A stretch of DNA of 62,418 nt, the filler included, from Porpidia crustulata (taxonomy: Eukaryota), in the NCBI GenBank assembly GCA_964255105.1. It is 13 parts of 13 records of this genome, joined end to end, with 100 filler letters (N's around TTAATTAATTAA, not from the genome) between each part and the next. Parts side by side here need not be neighbours in the genome. Positions count along the whole stretch, not along the records: positions 33,785 to 38,478 come from CAXUWE010002012.1; positions 38,579 to 43,270 come from CAXUWE010002013.1; positions 43,371 to 48,059 come from CAXUWE010002014.1; positions 48,160 to 52,847 come from CAXUWE010002015.1; 9 more parts are not named here. One strand, given 5' to 3'. The notes under the pieces were generated by a model. That model saw nothing but the letters and a program-made list of their open reading frames with translations, ran no database searches and was not told where the DNA came from. Every line of letters begins with the position of its first letter. Position 1 is the stretch's first letter. The position numbers and the translations under genes are program-made. Shown here piece by piece: positions 38,172 through 50,400 of the stretch.

Positions 38172-39193
38172 TTGAATCGCCGAGTGCGGTGGTGGCTTCG
38201 AAAAAGGATAGCAAGGTTTGGAAGGTTTCTCATCACGATTGACTGCGTGATGGAGTGATGGGTTAAGGGAGGAAAGCTGCATTCAAGCGCTAAAGGGGAT
38301 AGGGGGCTCCGAGTAGAAACACTGTGCTCTGAGCATACCTGAAGCTGGCACCTTTCATGTGTGCCATATACGTCCGTGGACAAGCCATTTCTCTAGAACC
38401 AGTGGTTTCATCAAGACATGCCGGGATTTCATCAATTGAAAGGAAGAAGGAATTCGTGAAAAAAACAGACGCGCCATCNNNNNNNNNNNNNNNNNNNNNN
38501 NNNNNNNNNNNNNNNNNNNNNNTTAATTAATTAANNNNNNNNNNNNNNNNNNNNNNNNNNNNNNNNNNNNNNNNNNNNGGGAAAGGGAGGGGGAAGGGGT
38601 GAGTTCGGCGTTTTGTGGTGGGTGGTTGAGATGAGGTTAACCCTGCGCTTGTTTCTTTTTTCTCCCAATGCACTCATGCCATGCATGACTGCTTCCGTTA
38701 CGATCAATGCGGGATCGCCATCCTCTCCTTGGATCTTCCCATCCTGCGTCTCTTTTCTCAAGAAACTTGCGGAAATGTTCAGGAAGCACTTGTGATATTT
38801 TTCTTCCACTGCGTGAGCAAGATCGAGGTGCGATCCTTGAAAAAAAAAGAGATATCTATGAGGCATACCAGGACGACAAATTATGCTCCGCTAGCCTGAT
38901 CGTATATAATAGAGCGCTGATTGACTGATGAACATAGAGCTGCCGGGTCATGGTCGAGTCCCCGGAATCGATGTGAAAGTAATAGCAAAGACCAAGTATG
39001 CAGTACATAGATCCTACAAATTCGTAACCCTCTAATTTCTCCCGGATCCAAAAGGCAATTTTGGAGAAGTCCCACCTGACCTTGAATTCTGGCAGATGGT
39101 CTAGTAATACACTGAGTCGTAGTCTCTTGGAAAGCCAGAAATGAGACTTAGATGGTAATGCTTCAAAACACGATTCCCTTCAAATCCATCATT

Positions 39194-40663
39194 CTAGGGG
39201 CACAAATCTACCAATCTCGCACGAAGCCAAGCAGCAAAAGCGGTAAACAATTGGCCGTCTCCGTGCTTCTGACAGAAATCGAAAAGCGCTCTGTAGCGCT
39301 GGATTGCTTCGGTGCCAGTAGCGTCAAGTAATTTGGCCAAGTCGACAGGGCAGAGGTATGGGGGTTGCCTGGCATCCTCTGCAAGTGAGCCGCTGCCCTG
39401 CATTGAGCAAGCATAGTAGACGCAATGATCCATGCCAAAGCAATGACCTAGCTCATGACTTGCTGTACGGCAGACTCGGCTTAGCCAGAGCTTCGAAAGT
39501 GAACTGTTAGACACGACCGATGGGGATGTAAAAGCACTATGTGTAGACACGGCAGCTTGGATTGGCGCGACTTTGCTTTGATTGGCGGACTTCCTCCAAG
39601 AAGAGGGAAGTGATGAGTGCTGATCTGTTTCAGAGCTCTGTGTCTTACCTTTCTTCCTCGCTCCTGCCGGTAGCCCTGCTCTTTTTGAACAGCATGACTT
39701 CATGTATAAATCACAATGCGACGCAGGCCAAGCATGCTCTTGCTCCACATTTTGTAAATCATCCAGCTCGGGGTGATATCTGGCAGTGGAGATGACCGCC
39801 ACCCGGCTACCTCCATATGCGCGCCCACAAACAAATTCATCATCTTCGTCCTCAAATAGGTCATGGTTCACAAGTAGCAAAAGCGCGTAAGCGTCATCCG
39901 GAAGCATGCTTATAGCTGCGTCAAGAAGATCATCTAGATTTAGCTGACCAGGAAATACACTATCGGTAGTGGGACGTATACGGATTCGAGTACAGCTTAA
40001 GAAAGCTTTGAAGCCGATAAAGGGTGGCACTATTGGACGTACTTTGACTTTTGAAGATTTTGACTTATTATTGTCCCAAGTGGTAAAAGAAATATCTGAA
40101 GATGGCAAACGCTTCACAGGCAGTCCATGATAGAATGCTGCAAGATACTCCTTGACATCTTCTATACTTGGGGTTTGAATTGATACTCCAGATATGTCAA
40201 TGTTTTCATGTACTCCCTCGGTTTTTGACATCCTTGAAGGTTTGGGATGCACCTTCTTCCTAGAATGACTCCACTCGCGAAGAAAACCAACATCATTTGT
40301 CACTTCTGGAGGTGCAGCAACATATATGGTTCTCCGTTCATCAGTCACTTTGTTGCGGTCTTTCTCACGTATCCACGAGCGAAGACTCTGCGGAGGATAT
40401 CTTGGATCTAATGAGAGATCATCGCTAGGGAGTACAAGGGGAGCTGGAAAGGATGCGCCATCTTCCACGTCGACACTCCTTTTGCGTTTGCCTTGCAAAG
40501 TTGCAATTGATCCCTGACGAGTCGTAGCAGCTGCTCGCCGTTCCTTTGTTGGTCTACTATAGCCCACTTTGGTAGCATTTGCGGACGAGTCTAGGCTAAC
40601 TAAGGTATGCCTACAAAGTACAGGTTGCAGTGAGGGTGAGTGTTTTGACTCTCCGCCATCCAT
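39194..40663 (-). CDS. Archaemetzincin-like zinc metallopeptidase (family M54)
   Basis: HELGHCFGMDHC zinc motif followed by the Cys cluster YACSMQGS...YLCPVDLAK. Intronless. Confidence 0.88.
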   Translation of the reverse strand: MDGGESKHSPSLQPVLCRHTLVSLDSSANATKVGYSRPTKERRAAATTRQGSIATLQGKRKRSVDVEDGASFPAPLVLPSDDLSLDPRYPPQSLRSWIREKDRNKVTDERRTIYVAAPPEVTNDVGFLREWSHSRKKVHPKPSRMSKTEGVHENIDISGVSIQTPSIEDVKEYLAAFYHGLPVKRLPSSDISFTTWDNNKSKSSKVKVRPIVPPFIGFKAFLSCTRIRIRPTTDSVFPGQLNLDDLLDAAISMLPDDAYALLLLVNHDLFEDEDDEFVCGRAYGGSRVAVISTARYHPELDDLQNVEQEHAWPASHCDLYMKSCCSKRAGLPAGARKKGKTQSSETDQHSSLPSSWRKSANQSKVAPIQAAVSTHSAFTSPSVVSNSSLSKLWLSRVCRTASHELGHCFGMDHCVYYACSMQGSGSLAEDARQPPYLCPVDLAKLLDATGTEAIQRYRALFDFCQKHGDGQLFTAFAAWLRARLVDLCP

Positions 40664-41199
40664 ATCTCGTAGCACGGCCTATTGACTGCTTGCATGATGC
40701 AACCGTAAAATTTTGGTGTTGGGTACAATTAAGTCTCGGCGAGCTAGAAACCAAGTGTTAAACTATAGTAGTACTGAACAAGTCACGCGAATAGAGTATT
40801 AATCTGAGTGGAAATGGGCAACGAGCCTGTTCCTACTCGTCGAAGTTGGACATGACTGGCTATCACGTTCATAATATGATTGGTATTCGTTCCCACCCCC
40901 CAACGGTCTGCCACACATAGGGTTAGGGTTATATTTACTAGTTTCGATTGGCGCGGACCGTTGAGGGGTTTTGGGCCCGTCCCGTCAGTTGGTGGACTAA
41001 ACTTCAGCTCCCGGTCTCCAGTCTTCCATGGGAATCTCATACCATGTACGCATATACTCACATTCAACGGATGAAGCCAGTGTGCGGAGACATTTTCACG
41101 AAAATTGAGCATTGCTTAATTATGCTATGCTATCCCTAGTGAACAAGTCCAATAAAAACACCCCAGACCACCCAAGGTTGTTGCACAATACCGGTTTCA

Positions 41200-42935
41200 T
41201 CAAACAGCAGACTTTTCATTCATGGTATGGCTGACCTCTTCAGCCGGTGGCGTGGACCCAATGTGACCATGTGTCAAATCGACACCCTTGTGGGTGAGAC
41301 CCATATCTTCGGCAAAGGTCGAGTGTGGTACCCATTTCGCGGATGTGCGTGGTGAGCTCTCCTCCAACATCTTGTCGATTTGTTCCAGCGACAGTCCCTT
41401 GGTCTCGGGGACGAGGAAGTATGCGAAGGTAAACGAAATACAGCACAGAGCGCCCCACATGAAGAACACCTTGGCACCGAGATTGGCGTCATGTTTGTCA
41501 CTTCCGACGAGGTAAGGAGTAATAGTAGCAATGATCTATCAAAGATATTAGCATTCTCTTATGCAAATATGATCTAGAAGAGACTTACACAGTTCCAGAA
41601 CCAATTGGAAGCGGTGGAGAGACCAACGCCACGGGAGCGAATGGGGAGAGGGAACACCTCGCCAACAATAACCCATGCAGCAGGACCCCAAGTGCTAGCG
41701 AAAAAGAAGATGTTAATACAGATAAATGCGATCATGGCGGAGACGGCGCCTGAATTGTGCTGCTCCAATCTACCGGCAGTCACCCCGATGATACCAACAA
41801 TGAATTGAGCAATTATCATCCCAAGGGCACCGAAGATCAAAATCGTACGACGACCAAATCTCTCGATCATCCAGAATGATAGCGGAGTCGAGCAGACATT
41901 GACAAGAGTGGTGACCAGGGAAATGAGGAAGGGGTTCTGGATTGTGCCGAGAGACTGGAAGAAGACGGTTCCAAAGTAGAAGATGAAGTTGATACCGGTC
42001 AATTGTTGCATCATCTGCATGAGTATGCCGAGGATTGAGCGACGAAGATTGCTGCTGCCGTTGGTGATTGATCCGGTAAAACAGTTGGTCCAGCCGCCAA
42101 TGTAACTGGTTTGGGGAATCACCGATTGCTCGTACTCGTGGTTGGCAATAATCTCAGCGAGTTCATCCTGGATGTATTCCGAGTCAATTGGCTGTCCACG
42201 GACGTTGGCAAGAGCCTTGGCGGCCTGTTCGAGCTTGCCCTTCTTGACGAAATAACGAGGAGATTCCGGGAGGATGAAGAGACCGGTACCCAAGATCAAA
42301 GCCCAGAGGAATTGGATAGCCACCGGAATACGGTAAGATCCAGTGTCGTCACGGTTCTGGGTTGCGTAGACAACGCAATTGGCCAGGAGAATACCAATGG
42401 TGATGCAGAACTGATAGCCAGCAACCAGTGCTCCTCGAACCTTCTTCGGTGCAATTTCGGACATGTACAGAATGATGATGGCGGAAATGAAACCGACGCC
42501 GAATCCACAGATCAAACGACCGACGACCATAACAGCCAGTCCGGTGGACGCAGTCTCGAGGATACAGCCGATGCAGAAGATGAAGCAGCCCATGATGATG
42601 GTCATCCGGCGTCCGATGAAGTCGGCAATATCACCCGCCGCAATGGCGCCAAAGAAGGTGCCGGCGGAGAGAATGGAGGTGGTCAAGGATTGATCGCGAG
42701 CAGTCAATTTGTAATTCTTGACGGCGGTCTTGTCGTTGGGGTCGGGATACGGGATACCGGTGTATTGGCGAATGAAGTACTTCATGCCAAGAACACCTCC
42801 CATCCATCCAGTGTCATATCCGAAGAAAATGCCTCCAAAGGAAGCGAAGGCGCACATAAGATAGGCTTTGACGGTGACGGGGGCCTCGATACGCGAGGTA
42901 TCGGCCGTGCCGGTGATGATCACGCCTCCAGGCAT
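41200..42935 (-). CDS. MFS sugar porter (monosaccharide/glucose transporter-like), 1 intron
   Basis: FGGIFFGYDTG, DFIGRR, PESPR, QQLTGINFIFYFG, GEVFPLPIRSRG, PETKGLSLE. Confidence 0.95.
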
Positions 42936-43370
42936 CGCGACGATGAGGCTTCTGATCTTTGGATAATGGAGACGAGGACGGATCAAGTATTAGACACCAA
43001 AGACTTCGCGCAATGAGTCGGTCTGGTGGATCACGGATGAGGGAGAGGAAGAATGGGAAGCGGAGGGCAGGCGAAGAATCTTATAGCAGTAGGGAGTGTG
43101 GGGGATCATGTACTATTGCGGATGTTGTGGCACATTCACACAGCAATTGACGGTGGATGTGACCTTACTACCTCACTATCTTACCTCACAGTTGGCAGTG
43201 TCGCGCCGCAAACAACATACAACATAATACGACAGACACTTGGGGTAAATTGAGCGGCGGGATGCAGGGANNNNNNNNNNNNNNNNNNNNNNNNNNNNNN
43301 NNNNNNNNNNNNNNTTAATTAATTAANNNNNNNNNNNNNNNNNNNNNNNNNNNNNNNNNNNNNNNNNNNN

Positions 43371-43661
43371 ATGTAGCGGAGGGCTTGTCTGAGGGAGGGG
43401 GGTCCGGTGTGTTAGCGAGCTGGTGGGTGGAGGGGTTTAGGGAAGTCGATGTTGACTTTTAAAAATTTACAGGTGAATTGTATGGGAAGAGGGAGGGGGC
43501 GGTTTACCGCTCGGCTTCGTGCTTCTCGAATACTTTTCTGGAGGATATTAGATGGGATTCGGGGGGGCGGAACTGGAGATGGACCTTTTCGTGTGGTCTC
43601 GGATGATTTTGACGTTGATGAAGCAGCTCAGGTCGAGCGTCTTCGCTCGAAATTGGGCCAT
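43371..43661 (-). CDS. MRP2: 5' part of mitochondrial ribosomal protein uS14m (2 introns, truncated)
   Basis: Spliced translation MAQFRAKTLDLSCFINVKIIRDHTKR|KVFEKHEAER|QALRY. Confidence 0.8.
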
Positions 43662-44211
43662 GGTGGTGGGGATGATTACGATGGGCAGGGTCGCAAAGCG
43701 ATATCAACAAGGGTTGGACGTTACTCAATGGCGTCAGGCGCTAAACGAGGCAATCTTAGTCGCTGAAATTCTCCATTGTCAATTCAACTCATTGCCTTCT
43801 ATGGCTCAAATCATCATCCCATTGTCAATCTGACGAGTTCGCCGATCTAGATAGATTTCTAATGGTCTTCTTGGACTTGTCTATAAGCCTTCCCTAATGG
43901 GTCAGGCAGGCTTCGAAGCGGAGCCGCCGTGAGGGGAAACTGGCGACCAACTCCGCATTTCATCTTTTCATTTCTTGTAGCATTCCTTCCCTAATCTACA
44001 ATCAATCGATGGCACTGGCACATCGAGCTTGTGATCAGAGACGGTATACACAAATGGATCTCTAATAGTTCGTACTGCACTTCCTACGCAAGCCATATTC
44101 TCTCAACTTGCGCAATATTTTAGGCTGAAGGCTATCGAAATCTCATATTCTTATTTTTCATTTTGTAAATACATATATTGAGTTTCTAAAATCCAATAAA
44201 GACGAGACATA

Positions 44212-45309
44212 ATGAATCCAGAAGCGGTGAAACAATCCCTTGTGGACAAAGTCCATCAGTCACCATCTCTCGATTTCAGTAGCATGCCGGATGACTGTTG
44301 GATGAAAGACAAGACTGTCATCATCACAGGTGGCGCGAGTGGGTTTGGTGCGGGTTTCTTGAGGAGATGGGCAGCCGCAGGTGCCAATGTCATTATTGGT
44401 GATATCAATGTGCAGAAAGGCGATCAGCTTGTCCGCGACGTAAAAAGAGAAACTGGAAACCAAAACCTGCACTTCTTCCATTGCGATGTCACGGAATGGC
44501 AGTCTCAAGTCAACCTCTTCAAGGAAGCGATCAATGTCAGCCCGCACGGCGGCATTGATATTGTGGTGGCGAACGCAGGTATCGTGGATGCGGAAGCAAA
44601 ATTCGAAGAGCCCAGGAATCTGGATGCAGCAAATCCGCCACCGCCGAACCTTGCCGTTATCGATGTCAACCTCATCGGTGTACTTTACACAACTCAACTG
44701 GCGCTCTACTTTCTGCCTCGGAACCCTGGCTCCGCTCCAGCAGATCCTAAATGTGATCCCAACCAAACACATCGAGACCGACATATCATTCTCATAAGCT
44801 CCGTTGCAGGATTACTCCCGATACCCGGACAAGTCTTGTATGCGGCGTCTAAGCACGCTGTTGTTGGATTGTACAGGACGCTGCGCTCCTCTTCATTCGT
44901 TCATGGTGTGCGAGTAAGCCTCATTTGTCCCTACTTCATTGACACACCTATATTGGGTGGCACAGCAAGAGCTCTGCTTGCTGGAGGCACGATGGGCAAA
45001 GCTGAAGATGTCGTCGAAGCGGCAACAAGATTTGCTGCGGATCCACGCGTCGTTGGCAGAGCAGTCTCTGTGGGTCCGAAGATGAGAGTCAAACAGGAGG
45101 CTAACGGCGAGTGGAGTTTGGTTGAGGAGAGTAATCAATTCGGGGAAGAAAAGGCTATCTGGGAGATTTACCCACACGACTTTGAAGACTGTGATGTCTT
45201 TCAGCGAAACATGGTTGCACTGATGAACCGTGTAATGGTAATCCGAGGCTGGGCTGGCTGGATCTCTGACATGATCGGTGCTGTGACACACTCCTGGAGG
45301 AGATCATGA
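44212..45309 (+). CDS. Classical short-chain dehydrogenase/reductase
   Basis: TGGASGFG, VANAG and catalytic S...YAASK. Confidence 0.92.
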   Translation: MNPEAVKQSLVDKVHQSPSLDFSSMPDDCWMKDKTVIITGGASGFGAGFLRRWAAAGANVIIGDINVQKGDQLVRDVKRETGNQNLHFFHCDVTEWQSQVNLFKEAINVSPHGGIDIVVANAGIVDAEAKFEEPRNLDAANPPPPNLAVIDVNLIGVLYTTQLALYFLPRNPGSAPADPKCDPNQTHRDRHIILISSVAGLLPIPGQVLYAASKHAVVGLYRTLRSSSFVHGVRVSLICPYFIDTPILGGTARALLAGGTMGKAEDVVEAATRFAADPRVVGRAVSVGPKMRVKQEANGEWSLVEESNQFGEEKAIWEIYPHDFEDCDVFQRNMVALMNRVMVIRGWAGWISDMIGAVTHSWRRS

Positions 45310-45961
45310 ATATGGTCACGTAGGATGCCCTGATTCCATTGACATTCTCAACAAGGTTGAATAATATGATATTACTGAGATCATACTTTATGCTGTAATA
45401 TGCCTTCTCTCATAGCCATGCATTTCTGTTGTTCTCCACCTTTGATCAGAATCCTGATGATTTATTATCACAAGCCAAATCATTATATTGCAATTACCTC
45501 ACCTCTAATGATCTCACCAATAATCGGCTTTAGCGAGTTACTTTGACTTTACATTTCGCATCCCTAAGTTGCCCTGCATTCACTCCCGGATAAATATTCC
45601 GATAGGAAGGCTTTCGAGCTTCAAAAAGCTATAACAGCCCGGTGTGTCGAATGCTTTGAGCTACATGTTCGTGTTGAGCTCTGTTGAGCTCTGAAAGCAC
45701 AGTGGACTAATGGATTCAGCAGCTAATCCACCATCTCCGCTTCGCAAAACGTTTGCATATCACGATTTGCCTAGTCTTTCAGACCCAGAGAGACGGCCGA
45801 ATCCGTGTTCCTATCCTACAACACGACCCTCACCTGGCATCAGGATACCGAACGAAACACCAATCACGCTGTTGCCCTCTCTTGCAAACCTTCCCCAACA
45901 CCAGGCTCCTTGCAACATAGAAAAGTGGATTACCAAACTTATTGAGTATCATCCCATCGAT

Positions 45962-47514
45962 ATGTTCAAATTCTCTGAGAAGTACGGGTCTGCACCAGTC
46001 ACTCCAGAAGACAGTCCATCTTCTTGGACTCCCAGGTCCAGATTGAGATCATGGAGCCTCTCACCACGCAAGGTCATCTTTATCATCCTCGCAATCTGTA
46101 GCATTATGATTTTGAACAGCTTTCTGCCTCCGTTCGGTAACCATGGCGTATGTAATGCGGTCTTTCCTGCTGAACGCTTTATGCTTACAGATATTATAGT
46201 CTCATCGTCCAGCCTACCTTACGCAAGATGTGCCGTATAACGCCACATTTATCCCCAACGCTGCCTTTCAACCACCAGAGCCTTTGTCTCACCGCTACTC
46301 TGACACCATTGACACCTTTGCAGGCTACAAATATCGCAATACGTGCAATATCTCTTCTCTGGACCTACACGCCCCCTTTTCGCCTCTATGTCCAGACCGT
46401 AAATCAATGGTCACAGCAATGTCTTCTGGGGGCCGTATCGGCAATGACGCGCCATATATGCCACGAGGTTGTGACATGCGGTGGTTTTCGACCGAAGAGA
46501 TCTGCGAGATTCTTAGCCGCTTCGAGAAAGTGATTATCGTTGGTGATAGTATGATGAGACATGTGATTGGAAGCATCAACGTATTGATCAGGAAAGATCT
46601 GGGATATGGCGCTGTGACAGATTGGAATTTTTCACCCGTGGAAAGGTATGCAAGAGCTTGGATTATAACCGGGCATAGACATGAATGCTAATACTTGAGC
46701 GAACATAGAAAAGACTGCTTCTGCAACTACCAATTTAATGTCAAAGCCTGCTCCATCCAAGGCATTTTCAAGACCGCCGATGTCGTCAAGAACGACCCTA
46801 GCAGCCTCGCCTGCCCAGCCGAGACCATCGACGTGATGAGTAAGTATTATACCCCCTTAGCCTAACTTCCATTAACTAACATCTCGTCTCAGTCGAGATG
46901 ATGATCCGCTTCCCCATCCCCGAAAACGAACTCAACCGCTTTCGAGACCTCATTCCCCTCACCAAACCCTCCCGCCCCTACGCCTTCATCTTCGGCCACG
47001 GCCTCTGGAACGATTTGGACCTCCNNNNNNNNNNCCACACTCGACTGGCTCGACGTCATTCTCGATGCCTCCGTCGCCCAAGCGCCTTGGCTCGCCCCGA
47101 CGCAGTCCTTGTCCGGCCGCCGGGAACCCGGAAAGCGCGACTCGGGCTTCTGGCCGCGTCTGTTCATCACGCCGAATGCGGCGGGGAGGGAGAAGCCGGA
47201 CGAGTGGATCGTGAGCCAGGGGAACAAGGCGTTGATGATTTTTGAGGAGGCAGTGGGGGAGGAGGTGAGGAGGAGGGGAGTGGAGCATCTGGGGACGTGG
47301 AATATGACCGTGCAGAGTAATAAATATGATGGGGTGTGAGTCATATCCTTATCCTTCCACCAGATCACACTTGTCCCGCACAAGAAGACCCATCAAGGGG
47401 CGAAAATAGCAGACGCTGATATGAAAATCCAGGCACGTCGATCTCAAGGGAAATCTCATCAAAGCCATGATGGTCATGAATTGGCTCAACATGCTCGAGG
47501 TGGAAAAGTTTTGA
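45962..47514 (+). CDS. Type II membrane protein with an SGNH/PC-esterase-like domain (about 4 introns; 10-N gap at 47025-47034)
   Basis: N-terminal TM (VIFIILAICSIMILNSFL), GDS motif (IVGDSMMRH), GHGLWND, and a terminal DxxH formed across the last intron (YDGV|HVDLKGN). Confidence 0.75.
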
Positions 47515-49005
47515 TCAATAAAGTCAAGCACAGGGGGAAAAGTGAATTTGGCAAACACCTAGCTGTGGGAATGAATTTAAGGAGCTGGACTGGTAATGAA
47601 TTGCATGATAACGTTATCTAACGGGTGTTACACGAATACTCAAAAGCTTGTAAAAAATCATTAACGATATCGCTTATATAAATAATACAAATCTTTCCAA
47701 AGCTCATAAACGCGTCGTTCTGTCCAAGCATTGCCAACAAATTTACTACCGTATCGCTCGAGAAAAAGTCACTGGATGGTTACATCAAATGAACTCCAAC
47801 ACAGCAATCGAAACCAAAACAATCCAGAGCAATAAGCAACGACAAACACGAGAAAAGCAACATCTAGGCGCAAAGCCACAGGGTAGGTAGTAGGATACCT
47901 TCCAGAGCTTCACTTTCTAAAACCCAAAGACCAAAAGCAAGTATAAATTAATAACATACCATACCCATCCAACCCACCACACCCCTCAACAATAAAACCG
48001 AAAGACCTGCCCACTCCTTATCCTAAACGCACCTACCTTGTAACCAATCATAATACAACNNNNNNNNNNNNNNNNNNNNNNNNNNNNNNNNNNNNNNNNN
48101 NNNTTAATTAATTAANNNNNNNNNNNNNNNNNNNNNNNNNNNNNNNNNNNNNNNNNNNNTGCGGGTGTGGGATCAGAGGCGTTGGGGTGGGCGCCGTTGG
48201 GTGGCCGGTTTTTGTCGGTGTCTGACATTGGAGTGGCGGTTTGGTGTGGAAATGATGCGATGGATGTTCGCGCAAATTCGATTTTGGAGCAGTGAAAACA
48301 AAATAGAGAGAAAAGTTGTATCAGAGTGAGAAAGTCGACTGTTGAGTTTGAGAGAGACGGCGAGAATCCACGATGAATGCGAGGTTAGAAGAATTAAGAA
48401 TATCGTGAACAGAGAAGTTGAAGAAATTCAGTCTACACTTCATCTTTCTCCGAGTAAATTCAATTTTGTTGGATTCACCTGGTCAGTTTGGACATGGCAA
48501 GATGTTCGTGGAGAGGATGCTACGATGTGATACCTGGATGTGTTTGAAAGGTACATAAAGTGTTAGGAGCGAGAACATCGTCTCTAGCTTTAATCGTACT
48601 GTACGACGCATCTAGTCAAGTCGCGAAATACTACAGAGTCGCCTCCAGGTGAATGAGTATATAAGACTAGGCACAGGCCTGGGATTGTGAGAGGACTAGT
48701 AAGCTACGGAATTTATACATAGAAAGCTAACAATTGTCGCATATTTGATATCTTGCCCTGACCATGATAAACATAGAAAAGGAGAATTCATGTTGGATCG
48801 ACGCTATTTGAAAAACCCTCCTGTTCAAATCATGGGTTTCCTCAGCTGGCCGTCAAAAGCATTCCCCTCAATAATAGAATGCTCTGCGATCAACAGAGCT
48901 TCCACAAAACTCCGCCGGGCAAGCGCTCAAAACTCCGGACTATATCCCTTTTCGATTTTCGATCGCAAGAACATTGAAGTAGCATCACGTTGCTTTTAGA
49001 AAATC

Positions 49006-50400
49006 CTATCGCTGGCCAGCCTCAAGGACGCCAGGTGTAGGATCTCTCGTAGTGGTTCCGATCTCGGGAGACTGAGTGGTTGTAGTATCGCCATTGCCAT
49101 TGCCATTTCTCCTTAGTCGATTCGGCATTGCAGGTAGTCGGATCCGTTTCCAGAATGGCTGTGTAGGTCTGACACCTTCTGAACGTGCGCCATCTCCATC
49201 TATACGCGGTCTCGAACCTGGGGCTGTTCGCTGTACCATCGGAAATCCATAACGGTTGTTTTCATTTTCCGAATACCCGATAGTGAGGAAACGGCCCGGA
49301 AGCAGCATCCTAGGCCTAGTGCCACGACGACCCATGAACGCATACTGGGGAGGATTTAGTGTATCGGAATTGCTTGCGATACGTCGCGCAGCGAGACGAT
49401 CGGCTTCAATAGCAGCTTCACCTTCTGGTCGCGGCTTTGGTACGTAGTAATCGGCTTTACATAGCGGGCAGCAGGCACGACGGCTGGTCAGCCATGGATC
49501 CAGACAGCTTGCGTGGAAGGCGTGTCCACATGTCAGTCCCCTCACATCATCGTCATCTTCAAGGGTATCTAGACAGATGGCACACGAGTCGCCCGGGTTT
49601 GCGAGCATCTCGGTGGGAACAGCAATCTGGATCTGATCATCGTCATCCAGATCATCATCTTCGTGACTTTCATGAGGAGTTGCATGCGAGGGAGTAGTCG
49701 GTGCAGGTGTGGGTTGTTGATCGTTCTTCGTCTCTTGCACTTGGGCGCCGTCATGCGAGACAGGACTCGTCGTACTGGTGGAAGTGGTGAGTTTGGAAAC
49801 CTCTGGACTGTCCCTGCTCACAGGTTGTCCTTGCGCGACCGGTGTTATTGGTCTTGCTCCTTCTTTTGAAAGACGTGCCTCAGAGTCTGGCGCAATTGTT
49901 CCTTGAGCATTCCTCAGGCTCGTAGCTCGATTTGCTGGAGCCACTACTCCACCAGCTGTCGATAGCCCTTCCTCCGCACGCGTGGACATCCAAGCTTTAT
50001 ATTTGGTCAAGGGAAAGCGCGCATTGACATCCTCCATCGTCATTAATTTCTTTTCCCTCCGGCGCCTATGGGCCCTTGGCATGGCCGTCAAGTCTATAGG
50101 CTCGCCATTCTCATCCTGTTGTTGCCGTCTGTTTCGCTGGTTGTATCGAAAACAATACTTGACTCCGACAATGATCCTATTGTGATGTTTTGTTAGCAAG
50201 CTGATGGTCACGCCGGTGCGATCAACCAAAAAGGTCCGCTGCCATTGCTGTTATTAGACGTACCATAAGTTCGTAAAGACGACACCAAATCCCAAGGCCA
50301 CAAAAAAGAGTAATGGAGAACTTGTAGGACCTCCACTTGGACTAGTACCAGAGTTCGTTGGCGCTGGCGGGGCCGGAGAAGTTGCACTGGGCGCAGACAT
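49006..50400 (-). CDS. Membrane-anchored RING-H2 ubiquitin ligase (ATL-like), 1 intron
   Basis: PLLFFVALGFGVVFTNLW|IIVGVKYCFRY TM segment. CAICLD...LTCGHAFHASCLDPWL...CPLCK. Confidence 0.9.

Noticed and set aside
38579..38900. Minus-strand ORF running into the contig end
   Set aside because: No recognisable family. It may be the leader of a gene beyond the break.
40918..40931. TTAGGG/CCCTAA doublets (also at about 2026-2039 and 57369-57381)
   Set aside because: Only about two units each and internal, so not telomeres. They are compatible with chance or single factor-binding sites.
42111..43016. 301-aa plus-strand ORF, and similar ORFs at 5098-5430, 9950-10339, 32332-33066 and 57947-58555
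   Set aside because: Antisense shadows of codon-biased genes on the other strand, with no motifs of their own.
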